Shown one piece after another: positions 1 through 7,870 of a stretch of DNA of 64,000 nt. Numbering within the stretch: the first letter of the stretch is position 1; every line of letters starts with the position of its first letter. The stretch is taken from positions 1-64,000 of IMG/VR virus record IMGVR_UViG_3300010885_027635; one strand, 5' to 3'. The stretch comes from a virus. The position numbers and the translations under genes are program-made. The notes beneath the pieces are model-generated. The model ran no database searches and had not been told where the DNA came from. It worked only from the letters and a program-made list of their open reading frames with translations.

Positions 1-42
1 CAAATCCGTATTATGTAGGTTCGAATCCTATCACCCACTCCA
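1..42 (+). tRNA. tRNA 3' half, truncated by window edge; probably tRNA-Cys(GCA)
   Basis: CAAATCC (fits ..GCA-AA-TCC anticodon arm), T-arm TAGGTTCGAATCCTA, encoded CCA; first anticodon base lies outside the window. Confidence 0.65.
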
Positions 43-48
43 GTATTA

Positions 49-123
49 GGTCTCGTAGTTTATTGGTTAGAATATCCCCCTGTCACGGGGATGGGACGAG
101 TTCGATTCTCGTCGAGACCGCCA
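49..123 (+). tRNA. tRNA-Asp(GTC)
   Basis: acceptor GGTCTCG/CGAGACC, anticodon arm TCCCC-CTGTCAC-GGGGA, TTCGATT loop, G73+CCA. Confidence 0.95.
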
Positions 124-129
124 GGTTAT

Positions 130-206
130 ACCCCTGTAGACAAATTGGTAAAGTCACCGCTCCAAGAAGGCGGGATATGGAGGTCCGAATCCTTCCAGGG
201 GTACCA
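130..206 (+). tRNA. atypical tRNA, anticodon AAG (Leu-like), short variable arm
   Basis: acceptor ACCCCTG/CAGGGGT+A+CCA; Leu-like D-arm GACAAATTGGTAAAGTC; anticodon arm CCGCT-CCAAGAA-GGCGG; C33 and T-loop TCCGAAT are non-canonical. Confidence 0.7.
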
Positions 207-235
207 TTGACACAGTAACATTTTTAATGTATAAT
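207..235 (+). promoter_or_regulatory. sigma70-type promoter
   Basis: perfect TTGACA-N17-TATAAT upstream of SD (AGGAG) and ORF 259. Confidence 0.85.
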
Positions 236-258
236 ATACTTTTAAAACAGGAGAAATC

Positions 259-486
259 ATGAAACCAAGAATCGCAAGTCGTGGCCCAGAAATTGATATG
301 GAACAGTGTGTACGTCAAGCTGGTGGTGGACGTTATGACATGGTCCTAATTGGTGCACAACGCCTACGTGAACTCAAACGTATTCACCGCGAAGACACTA
401 CAAGATATGTAACCTGTGTGGATGCTCTTAAAGAAATCCAAACCGGCCAGGTCAATCTGGTTGATTACTTAGCAAAGGTAAAATAA
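259..486 (+). CDS. rpoZ: RNA polymerase omega subunit-like protein
   Basis: C-x4-GGRYDMVLIGAQRLREL...VDALKEIQTG resembles RpoZ NRFDLVLVAARRARQL...VIALREIAEG; 75 aa; SD AGGAG. Confidence 0.75.
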   Translation: MKPRIASRGPEIDMEQCVRQAGGGRYDMVLIGAQRLRELKRIHREDTTRYVTCVDALKEIQTGQVNLVDYLAKVK

Positions 487-487
487 C

Positions 488-652
488 ATGGCCAAGCCAC
501 AACAAACAGCAACTGAATTAAGTAGAACTTTATCCGGTCAATGGACCAAGACTGAAAAACGTGCGGCTGCCAGTCGCAGTATTATGTTTCACAATCGGTT
601 GGCCCATGAAAAAGTCAAGGCATTTAAACAAGGTGTGTTTCTAAACAAGTAA
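488..652 (+). CDS. hypothetical basic protein, 54 aa (not in ORF track)
   Basis: ATG 1 nt after the rpoZ-like stop; MAKPQQTATELSRTLSGQW...GVFLNK*. Confidence 0.6.
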   Translation: MAKPQQTATELSRTLSGQWTKTEKRAAASRSIMFHNRLAHEKVKAFKQGVFLNK

Positions 653-658
653 AGATTT

Positions 659-733
659 GCACCCTTCGTCTATCGGTTAGGACACGCCCCTTTCACGGGC
701 GGAAGAGGAGTTCGATTCTCCTAGGGTGTACCA
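659..733 (+). tRNA. tRNA-Glu(TTC)
   Basis: acceptor GCACCCT/AGGGTGT, anticodon arm CGCCC-CTTTCAC-GGGCG, TTCGATT, CCA. Confidence 0.95.
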
Positions 734-741
734 TGTAATAC

Positions 742-834
742 GGAGAGCTGGCCGAGCGGTCGAAGGCACCCGCCTACTAAGCGGGCATGGATCTAAACAG
801 TCCATCTGGGGTTCGAATCCCTAGCTCTCCGCCA
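742..834 (+). tRNA. tRNA-Ser(ACT), long variable arm
   Basis: GGAGAGC/GCTCTCC acceptor, G73+CCA, anticodon arm CCCGC-CTACTAA-GCGGG, long variable arm, TTCGAAT. Confidence 0.9.
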
Positions 835-962
835 AAATATAATGTACCCATATAACTCCTTGGTGCTGGCAATAAATATTTCTGACATTCGTCTTCCGCA
901 CTAAATATTTTACAGCAGTGCATCTTTAACAAAACTTCAAATCAAATCATCAAGGAGAAATA

Positions 963-2141
963 ATGAAGAAAATTTTAGCAGCTCTGAGTCTGGCCACAGT
1001 GTGTGGTTTAGTTCAGGCACAAAGTAGTGTAACCGTATATGGTATTTTAGATACAGGGTATACTGGCAGTAATCAAAGTTTGACTAGTACAGCAGGAGCA
1101 GCACCAACCAAGACCACAATCAATCAATTTGGTCAAGGTATGCAATCCACCAACCGTTTGGGTTTCAAAGGCAACGAAGATATGGGTGGCGGCACTAGTG
1201 CAGTGTTTACAGTAGAATTTGCACTGTATCCAGAAGATCAAAATTTATCAGGCAGTTCCAATTCCGGTCTATTGAATCGTCAGGCCTTTGTTGGCTTGAA
1301 ACAAGCAGGCGTTGGTACTGGAGCCATCGGCCGTCAATTGACTCCAATTTGGAATCAATATAGTAAAACAACTCCAACAGGTACCAACAACGTGGTTGGT
1401 GATGTTATCTATGCTGCCAGTACATCTGGTGGTGCTGGCACCAGTACAGGAACAGTTGTTACTGGACAAGAAAATGGCATTGGATTTACCAATCGTGCCA
1501 GCAACGCTTTGACTTTTATCAGTGACAACTTCAACGGTTTCTCTGCTCAAGGTCTGTATGCACTGAACAACAAAAACACAACTCAAACAGCAGCTGCCAC
1601 TGGTGGCGAAACCAACACCAGCGGTTATGGTCTAGCAGTTGACTATACTTACGGAAAATTCTTTGCTACATTGGCACAACAGTCATTTACACAGTTCACT
1701 ACAGGTACTGCAACATCGTTCACAGACATGAATCAAGGTACATTTGTCAGTGCAAAAGATTTGCAAAACTTTGCTGGTGCGTCTTATGACTTTGGCGTTC
1801 TCAAAGCCTATGCACAGTATGTAAATCGTACTATTACATCAACTATTGACAGCAGTCAGTTTGCCAAGCGTTCAGCACAACAAATTGGTGTTCGTGGATT
1901 TGCTACAACACAAATTGAACCTTGGGTCACTGTTGGTAATGGCAAGTTCGATCAGTATGCTTCAACCACAGGCAGTGTTAACTTTACCGCCTATCAAGTG
2001 GGTTCAAACTACTGGTTAAGCAAGCGTACCAACTTGTATGGCATCTTTGGTAGCACACAAAGTAGCGGCAATCCTGCAACCACAGCTGGTGCAGGCAGTA
2101 GTAAAAATCAATATGCTGTAGGTCTGCGTCACACATTCTAA
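963..2141 (+). CDS. Gram-negative trimeric porin (Omp32/Burkholderiales OmpC-like)
   Basis: signal peptide, AQSSVTVYGILD, NRLGFKGNEDMGGG, NRQAFVGL, YWLSKRTNLY, C-terminal VGLRHTF. Confidence 0.92.
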   Translation: MKKILAALSLATVCGLVQAQSSVTVYGILDTGYTGSNQSLTSTAGAAPTKTTINQFGQGMQSTNRLGFKGNEDMGGGTSAVFTVEFALYPEDQNLSGSSNSGLLNRQAFVGLKQAGVGTGAIGRQLTPIWNQYSKTTPTGTNNVVGDVIYAASTSGGAGTSTGTVVTGQENGIGFTNRASNALTFISDNFNGFSAQGLYALNNKNTTQTAAATGGETNTSGYGLAVDYTYGKFFATLAQQSFTQFTTGTATSFTDMNQGTFVSAKDLQNFAGASYDFGVLKAYAQYVNRTITSTIDSSQFAKRSAQQIGVRGFATTQIEPWVTVGNGKFDQYASTTGSVNFTAYQVGSNYWLSKRTNLYGIFGSTQSSGNPATTAGAGSSKNQYAVGLRHTF

Positions 2142-2160
2142 TTTGGATTAGATTAGAGTC

Positions 2161-2190
2161 AAAATGGGCAGTCTGACTGCCCATTTTTAT
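2161..2190 (+). terminator. intrinsic terminator
   Basis: AAAATGGGCAGTC-T-GACTGCCCATTTTT inverted repeat plus T tract after porin. Confidence 0.85.
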
Positions 2191-2204
2191 AGAGTAAATT
2201 TCAA

Positions 2205-2876
2205 ATGATAACAACCAAAATCACAAGCAAGACCAAACATGTTCCTGGTGCACCCATGCAACCATTTACCTGGCTGTCGTTACCAACATTGCCTAGGGTT
2301 CCTCAACATTTTGTTGACCTTTGCAGAAGTTTAGCCAAGGTGCCTGGACCCGAAGGAGACTTGCATGACAAGCGAGGCATAGTTCCGCCGGGCTATAGAA
2401 ATCGTACCATTATAAAAAATGGTGTTGAAATGCAAAGCAGAATGCAAACAGCTTTTGAATTGGGCGACGAGTGGAAGGCCTGGGTCAAGGAAAATCTACA
2501 TCCGGAATACACAGAAACCAGTGGTCGACTCAGTTATGGAAATTCACCGGTGCATGGAGCTCACTCCGATACTGTTCTTTACAGATTGTTCTACTTGATC
2601 GATCCTGGATCAGAACAAACCGAAACTGTGTTTTATGTCAAACCCGGATACGGATTGTTGTATGGTCAGGAAACTGACAATATATGTGAAAACAACATAG
2701 ATGAATTGATTGAAATCGAACGAGTACGCTTTCCAGTACAACAATGGATTTTGTTTAACGGTCAAGTGCTACACGGAGTTGACAACGTTTACGGAAACAG
2801 AATCAATATCAATGTAACTGTACGCCCAGAAAACTTTGTTCTTGAAATGAAACCTATTTTAAATAAAACAACCTAA
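2205..2876 (+). CDS. putative 2OG-Fe(II) oxygenase/cupin-fold protein
   Basis: H-x-D (AHSD) ... distal H (VLHGV) ... R (NRINI) in a double-stranded beta-helix-like pattern. Confidence 0.5.
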   Translation: MITTKITSKTKHVPGAPMQPFTWLSLPTLPRVPQHFVDLCRSLAKVPGPEGDLHDKRGIVPPGYRNRTIIKNGVEMQSRMQTAFELGDEWKAWVKENLHPEYTETSGRLSYGNSPVHGAHSDTVLYRLFYLIDPGSEQTETVFYVKPGYGLLYGQETDNICENNIDELIEIERVRFPVQQWILFNGQVLHGVDNVYGNRININVTVRPENFVLEMKPILNKTT

Positions 2877-2885
2877 GGAATCAAC

Positions 2886-3089
2886 ATGTCAACTAAGAAA
2901 ACATTACAACGTAAAAAACCTGGCTTCACCAAAAGTGGTGTAGCTAAAATTGTCAGCATGAGTGTCAAGCAACTTGTTACAGAGTTGGATCGCACACAAA
3001 AGAAAAAAGTCAAGGCTAAAATTAGTCGTAGGCTTGACCATTTTGGATATGTAGCACCTGCGGTAGTAGAAGAAGTAGCAACAGAATAA
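2886..3089 (+). CDS. small Lys-rich hypothetical protein
   Basis: SD AAGGAA, 67 aa ORF. Confidence 0.75.
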   Translation: MSTKKTLQRKKPGFTKSGVAKIVSMSVKQLVTELDRTQKKKVKAKISRRLDHFGYVAPAVVEEVATE

Positions 3090-3095
3090 TAGTAC

Positions 3096-3169
3096 GCCTT
3101 GTTCGTATAGAGGTATTACGCTGGATTTGTAATCCTGTTACGGGAGTTCGATTCTCTCACAAGGCACCA
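3096..3169 (+). tRNA. tRNA-Thr(TGT)
   Basis: GCCTTGT/ACAAGGC acceptor, anticodon loop TTTGTAA (one T-T mismatch in stem), TTCGATT, CCA. Confidence 0.88.
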
Positions 3170-3192
3170 AAATTAACAAACGGGAAGAAAAA

Positions 3193-3354
3193 ATGTCAAA
3201 AATGTCTGAAACAATTGCCAAGGCATTGGCAAAGAAGCAAGGTAAAACTCACATCGAAGCTGATAGCACCTCGGTTGAAAAGAAAGTCAAAGTCAAACCT
3301 ACAGCTGGTCCAGCTAAAAAACCTCCAACTCGTAGTGCTGGAAGAGGACGATAA
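3193..3354 (+). CDS. small basic hypothetical protein, 53 aa (not in ORF track)
   Basis: MSKMSETIAKALAKKQGKTH...RSAGRGR*; stop overlaps next start (TAATG). Confidence 0.65.
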   Translation: MSKMSETIAKALAKKQGKTHIEADSTSVEKKVKVKPTAGPAKKPPTRSAGRGR

Positions 3355-4307
3355 TGAAATACCTTATTCAATCATTTATATTGAGCGTGGCCCTGTTGTC
3401 AGGACAGGCAACAGCACAAAACAAACCTATTGAAATTGTAGTTCCGGCCACGCCTGGTGGTACTGGTAGTAACATTGCTCAGCTGGTGGCTGACATATTG
3501 ACCGACAAGGGACAGCCTACTATAGTGGTCAACAAGCCTGGTGCTGATTCTGTAATCGGTGTTAACTATGCTGTTAAGGCTAAACCAGATGGTAAGACCT
3601 TGTTGTTGGGTGCTGGGTCCGCATTGGCGGCCAATATTGTGTTTGGTGCCACTGGCATGGAATATGACGAACACAGTTTTACACCCATAGTACCGTTGGG
3701 AACACTGGGTTGGGTGATTTATATTCCGCCCAATTTGCCCATCAAAAACATTGATCAACTTAAATTTTACATCAAGGCCAATCCTGAAAAGTTCAACATT
3801 GGATTTTGGAACAACAACTATGCCAAACTCTTATTGGCCTGGGCACAGGAAGAAGGCCTGCCACGTCCGCAAATTATCAGCTACAAAGGTGGATCACCAT
3901 TGATGACTGACGTCATGGGCGGTCATGTGCTCATGGGCGTGGACAATTGGTTTTTTGTGTCGCAAAATTATGCCGCTGGTAAATTGAACGTGATTGCTTC
4001 TTTTGATGATAAAATTGTCAAAGACATTCAAAGTGTAAGAAACAACAAAGATGTGGTCAGCATCACTGATCGTTTTCCGCAATTTAATTTTACTGTGTGG
4101 TATGGATTGTATGCACCAACAGGTACACCAAAATCAGTGATTGATTCTATTAATCAAACTGTGAACTCGGCACTCAAAGAACCCAAGTTTGCTGAGCGGG
4201 CTCGTGCGTTTAAACTGCACAACTTTGGTGGTGATGTTAAAAATCTCAACGCATGGCAACAGCGAGATTTAAAAATGCTAAATCAAGTCAAAAAGAATTA
4301 CGATTGA
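3354..4307 (+). CDS. Bug/TctC tripartite tricarboxylate transporter substrate-binding protein
   Basis: signal peptide, PIEIVVPATPGG, VVNKPGA, KPDGKTLLL, YKGGSP, WYGLYAPTGTP. Confidence 0.92.
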   Translation: MKYLIQSFILSVALLSGQATAQNKPIEIVVPATPGGTGSNIAQLVADILTDKGQPTIVVNKPGADSVIGVNYAVKAKPDGKTLLLGAGSALAANIVFGATGMEYDEHSFTPIVPLGTLGWVIYIPPNLPIKNIDQLKFYIKANPEKFNIGFWNNNYAKLLLAWAQEEGLPRPQIISYKGGSPLMTDVMGGHVLMGVDNWFFVSQNYAAGKLNVIASFDDKIVKDIQSVRNNKDVVSITDRFPQFNFTVWYGLYAPTGTPKSVIDSINQTVNSALKEPKFAERARAFKLHNFGGDVKNLNAWQQRDLKMLNQVKKNYD

Positions 4308-5424
4308 TAGGAAAATTTAATTTATAAAATTTACTACGAAAGTATTGTAATTTGTAAAGATTGCTTGGATCCGGAAACAAAATTCGTCCTGCTGGATCCG
4401 AGTACAGATCCAATATGCCTTGGGTGTAATTGTTCCAAGTTTTAGTGCCCACAAGGCTCTGAAACCAATTTTGCCCAGCACCTTGATGGCTGTTCTTGTC
4501 TATTAGACCTTTGTCGTTTAATTGTAAACGAATGTTACTCCAAGCATAGTGTTGCCAATCACTGTTGGTGCTCAAATCTCCAAATCTGCCGCAACCATTG
4601 ATGCTGTATTCGTGCCAGTTATAATAGGTTGGATCATTCATTTGGTTAAAATTTCTTGGATCCTTTTCAAGATCTCGTGGTGTTGAATTGGGTCTAAGGC
4701 TTCTTATATAATTTAAAAGTAGATAACTTTGTTTGACATGTAACTTGGGCAACTCGGGTGTGACATAAAAAGATTCGGCTGTTTTATTTCCAGCCAAACG
4801 TATAAAATTTCTATCTGTTTGATAAGAATATGCTCCATGCCAATCAAATCTCAATATGGGTTTGTCTAGCCCATTGACACTGACAAAATCATCGGTGCCC
4901 AATTCTTTGGTCAGATAGGCATCGCCAAATGCATCCCCACCAAACCCAAGGCTAAATTCAAACCTACTGGCACCATGTTCAAACAACCAATTTGAACTGG
5001 TGTATGCTTGTTCAAATACTTCGGCACTGTCTTCGCGAATTAATATTTTTGTAGTTTTATCTTCTATATCATTGGCTAAAAAATCCAATACGCCTTGATT
5101 GATTGTGTAATCTAGATCTGTTTTTCTTCTACGTAGATATAATGCATCTATGTGTATGTTGTTTCTTTTAAAAACTTGATAGATAGTATAACTGTCGGTG
5201 CCACCTGAAAAATTCAGCACAATAGGTTTATTTTTTGCGGCAATCTGTTGAGCTCGTAGGTCTAGTAATTGGTCCCAACTTTCAGCGGGTTCCTGAGTCC
5301 AGTCAACTTGATCAAAAGATTCGTCGTATAAATCAAATCTAATTTCTTGTTTGGTTTGGGCCGCGTCTAGTGCTGCTGACCATTTGTTAGTGAATTTTTT
5401 ATTGCCTACTTGCCAATATGTCAT
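4288..5424 (-). CDS. PP-loop (adenine nucleotide alpha-hydrolase) family protein
   Basis: VLNFSGGTDS motif; likely start ATG 5424 (MTYWQV), 9 nt below TATAAATA. Confidence 0.6.
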   Translation of the reverse strand: MTYWQVGNKKFTNKWSAALDAAQTKQEIRFDLYDESFDQVDWTQEPAESWDQLLDLRAQQIAAKNKPIVLNFSGGTDSYTIYQVFKRNNIHIDALYLRRRKTDLDYTINQGVLDFLANDIEDKTTKILIREDSAEVFEQAYTSSNWLFEHGASRFEFSLGFGGDAFGDAYLTKELGTDDFVSVNGLDKPILRFDWHGAYSYQTDRNFIRLAGNKTAESFYVTPELPKLHVKQSYLLLNYIRSLRPNSTPRDLEKDPRNFNQMNDPTYYNWHEYSINGCGRFGDLSTNSDWQHYAWSNIRLQLNDKGLIDKNSHQGAGQNWFQSLVGTKTWNNYTQGILDLYSDPAGRILFPDPSNLYKLQYFRSKFYKLNFPINRNSF

Positions 5425-5433
5425 AGAGGACAA

Positions 5434-5441
5434 TATTTATA
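5434..5441 (-). promoter_or_regulatory. T4-type late promoter-like TATAAATA
   Basis: exact TATAAATA on minus strand just upstream of ORF. Confidence 0.55.
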
Positions 5442-5452
5442 AAATGCACCGG

Positions 5453-5481
5453 TTGACCTAAAATAACCTTTTTGCTATAAT
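5453..5481 (+). promoter_or_regulatory. sigma70-type early promoter
   Basis: TTGACC-N17-TATAAT with extended TG. Confidence 0.8.
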
Positions 5482-5510
5482 AGCAGTATAGTAATTAAAA
5501 GGAGTCGCAA

Positions 5511-5720
5511 ATGGCTTATACCGTTTTCCAACATGATCCCAACTTTGGTCCACGTGCAGGCTTAGAGGGACCTTTTCATTACCCCAGTGGTGCGGTGTTA
5601 TACTACGATCCCAAGGCAGGTGAGTACTATGACCCACGCACCGACTTCTATGTCAGCAATGAAGATGTTGTGGCGTTAAAACAACAGATTATTGACCGAT
5701 TGACACAAAAATCCCTTTAG
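5511..5720 (+). CDS. hypothetical protein (YYDP..GEYYD aromatic repeat)
   Basis: SD AAGGAG; 69 aa ORF. Confidence 0.75.
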   Translation: MAYTVFQHDPNFGPRAGLEGPFHYPSGAVLYYDPKAGEYYDPRTDFYVSNEDVVALKQQIIDRLTQKSL

Positions 5721-5729
5721 TAGTATAAT
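5700..5729 (+). promoter_or_regulatory. sigma70-type early promoter
   Basis: TTGACA-N18-TATAAT upstream of MoxR gene. Confidence 0.7.
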
Positions 5730-5773
5730 AGTCGTACAGTAGTTAATTTTAATCATAATTTAAGGACACAGCC

Positions 5774-6859
5774 ATGTCAGAATCAAGAACAGTCACTTCG
5801 GTGCAAGCTCGCAAGAGTCTACTCAAAGCATTTAAAAAACAACGCCCCTTATTCCTTTGGGGTCCTCCTGGTATTGGCAAGTCAGAATTGGTAGCAGACA
5901 TTACCCAAGAACTTGGTGGTTACATGATCGACCTTCGTTTGGGTCAGATGGAGCCCACAGACATTCGCGGTATTCCTTTTTACAATAAAGAAATTGGCAA
6001 GATGGATTGGGCCGAGCCTATCGATTTGCCTACTGAGGAATTGGCCAGTCAGTATCCTATCGTAGTCTTGTTTATGGACGAACTTAATAGCTCTGCACCA
6101 AGTGTTCAGGCCGCATCATATCAGTTGATCTTGAATCGAGCTATTGGCAAATACAAATTGCCTAAAAATGTAGTAATGGTTGCCGCAGGTAACCGCGAGA
6201 GTGACAAGGGTGTTACATATCGTATGCCGACTCCGCTTGCAAATCGTTTCATTCATCAAGAAATGAAGTGTGACTTTGCTTCGTGGCAGGAATGGGCCGT
6301 AAACAAGAACATCCACAAGGACGTGGTTGGTTATTTGAGTTATGCCAAGCAAGATCTTTACGATTTTGATGCCAAGTCAGCCAGCCGTGCCTTTGCAACA
6401 CCACGCTCATGGACGTTCGTGAGCGAATTGCTAGAAGATGAAGATGGTGATGACGATACTATCATGAACTTGATCGCAGGTACAGTAGGTGAAGGTCTTG
6501 CTGTCAAGTTTATGGCACACCGCAAGGTTGCTGGACGTATGCCCAAGCCAGAAGATATCCTAGCTGGCAAAGAAAAAGAGCTCAACGTTAAAGAAGTATC
6601 AGCCATGTATAGCCTGGTAATCAGCATGTGCTACGAGCTCAAAGCGGCTATCGAAGCTAAAGTATCGGATAAACAATTCCACGAAATGGCCGATAACTTC
6701 TTTGCTTACATGATGAAGAACTTTGAAACTGAACTGGTTGTTATGGGTGCTAGAATTGCGTTAACCACATACAACTTACCGTTCCAGCCCACCAAGCTGA
6801 AAAACTTTGATGAGTTCCATCAACGCTACGGCAAGTATATTTTGCAAGCTTCGGCCTAG
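5774..6859 (+). CDS. MoxR-family AAA+ ATPase
   Basis: Walker A GPPGIGKS, Walker B VLFMDE, AAGN sensor, PLANRF Arg finger, TPRSW. Confidence 0.92.
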   Translation: MSESRTVTSVQARKSLLKAFKKQRPLFLWGPPGIGKSELVADITQELGGYMIDLRLGQMEPTDIRGIPFYNKEIGKMDWAEPIDLPTEELASQYPIVVLFMDELNSSAPSVQAASYQLILNRAIGKYKLPKNVVMVAAGNRESDKGVTYRMPTPLANRFIHQEMKCDFASWQEWAVNKNIHKDVVGYLSYAKQDLYDFDAKSASRAFATPRSWTFVSELLEDEDGDDDTIMNLIAGTVGEGLAVKFMAHRKVAGRMPKPEDILAGKEKELNVKEVSAMYSLVISMCYELKAAIEAKVSDKQFHEMADNFFAYMMKNFETELVVMGARIALTTYNLPFQPTKLKNFDEFHQRYGKYILQASA

Positions 6860-6870
6860 AAACTGGGCCA

Positions 6871-6912
6871 GGAAGGCTGTGGTTACACGGGCTGTGTCCA
6901 TCACAGCCTTCC
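6871..6912 (+). other. long RNA hairpin without U tract
   Basis: GGAAGGCTGTG...CACAGCCTTCC stem with internal loop and apical ACAC/GTGT. Confidence 0.6.
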
Positions 6913-6919
6913 ACCTATT

Positions 6920-7237
6920 ATGAAGACACAATATGACTATTGGAAAGAAGCCCACGATCGTGTTATGGCAGAAATGGCCGCAACAATGAACTATACAGTA
7001 AACGAAACTATTGCAAACGACCATTTTAAATACTTTATCAGAGTCAATAAAATGTTGGACTTTGATAGTGTAAGAAAGTGGATGACGCAGACTTATGGCA
7101 TGTCCGAACATATCGACCGCGATACTATGAACAATCCGCACTGGACTTTTAATATTAGGCTTGGTGGCAGTATTGTTTATTTGCGTGGTGACGAAGAACT
7201 AAGTTGGTTTAAAATAAAATACGGCGAACCTGTATGA
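6920..7237 (+). CDS. small protein, C-terminal F-x-L-K-W-like family
   Basis: ends VYLRGDEELSWFKIKYG. Confidence 0.75.
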   Translation: MKTQYDYWKEAHDRVMAEMAATMNYTVNETIANDHFKYFIRVNKMLDFDSVRKWMTQTYGMSEHIDRDTMNNPHWTFNIRLGGSIVYLRGDEELSWFKIKYGEPV

Positions 7238-7425
7238 AAATAGCCAGCATCATGCCTCCAGTAATGCAAGCTGATCCAGTGTCGGGTCATAGATATCAAG
7301 GATGGACTCCGTGTATCAAATGGTGCGACGAGTACTGCGAAGGGCCGTGGTTGTTCGTCAGTGAGGGCGTGTTTGAGTTTGAATGGGACAGTGATTATGT
7401 CATGTTTATGTTGAGATGGGCATGA
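7234..7425 (+). CDS. small protein, F-x-L-R-W family
   Basis: ends FEFEWDSDYVMFMLRWA; ATGA coupling. Confidence 0.8.
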   Translation: MKIASIMPPVMQADPVSGHRYQGWTPCIKWCDEYCEGPWLFVSEGVFEFEWDSDYVMFMLRWA

Positions 7426-7649
7426 TCAGAGTCAGTGTGTTAAATGATAGATTTAATCGTGCGTTTTGGAATGCCAAGCGTACCTTGCCTGTTAAGCATT
7501 TAGAAACGCCAAGGCAATACGGACAGCGGTGTCGTGAAGCATTTAGGTATAGAGTTGATACTAACAGTCCGCAAGGAGCTCTTGGAACGGTATATTATAT
7601 CTTTGATCGCGATGCGGATTACACTTGGTTTATGCTACGATGGGGTTAA
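7422..7649 (+). CDS. small protein, F-x-L-R-W family
   Basis: ends YIFDRDADYTWFMLRWG; ATGA coupling at 7422. Confidence 0.8.
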   Translation: MIRVSVLNDRFNRAFWNAKRTLPVKHLETPRQYGQRCREAFRYRVDTNSPQGALGTVYYIFDRDADYTWFMLRWG

Positions 7650-7858
7650 AGATCGTAGTGAAAACAGCCCACGAGGCTTTCTTATATAACGATCAGATTA
7701 CGGATCAAGGTCTGCGGCGTGGTGAGGATTATACCTGGCGTTTTACTCCGGCAGTAAATACATGGTTAGGCGACGATGTAATAACGCCAGCCACGGTAGA
7801 GTTTGATTTCGAAGATCAACAGTGGGAAACTTATTTTCAATTACGGTGGAGCCGATAA
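7640..7858 (+). CDS. small protein, F-x-L-R-W family
   Basis: ends FDFEDQQWETYFQLRWSR. Confidence 0.78.
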   Translation: MGLKIVVKTAHEAFLYNDQITDQGLRRGEDYTWRFTPAVNTWLGDDVITPATVEFDFEDQQWETYFQLRWSR

Positions 7859-7870
7859 GTAACGTAATCT

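Noticed and set aside
3215-3433. 72-aa ORF in the track
   Set aside because: A TTG-start frame overlapping Bug; the ATG ORF 3193-3354 with TAATG coupling is the better call.
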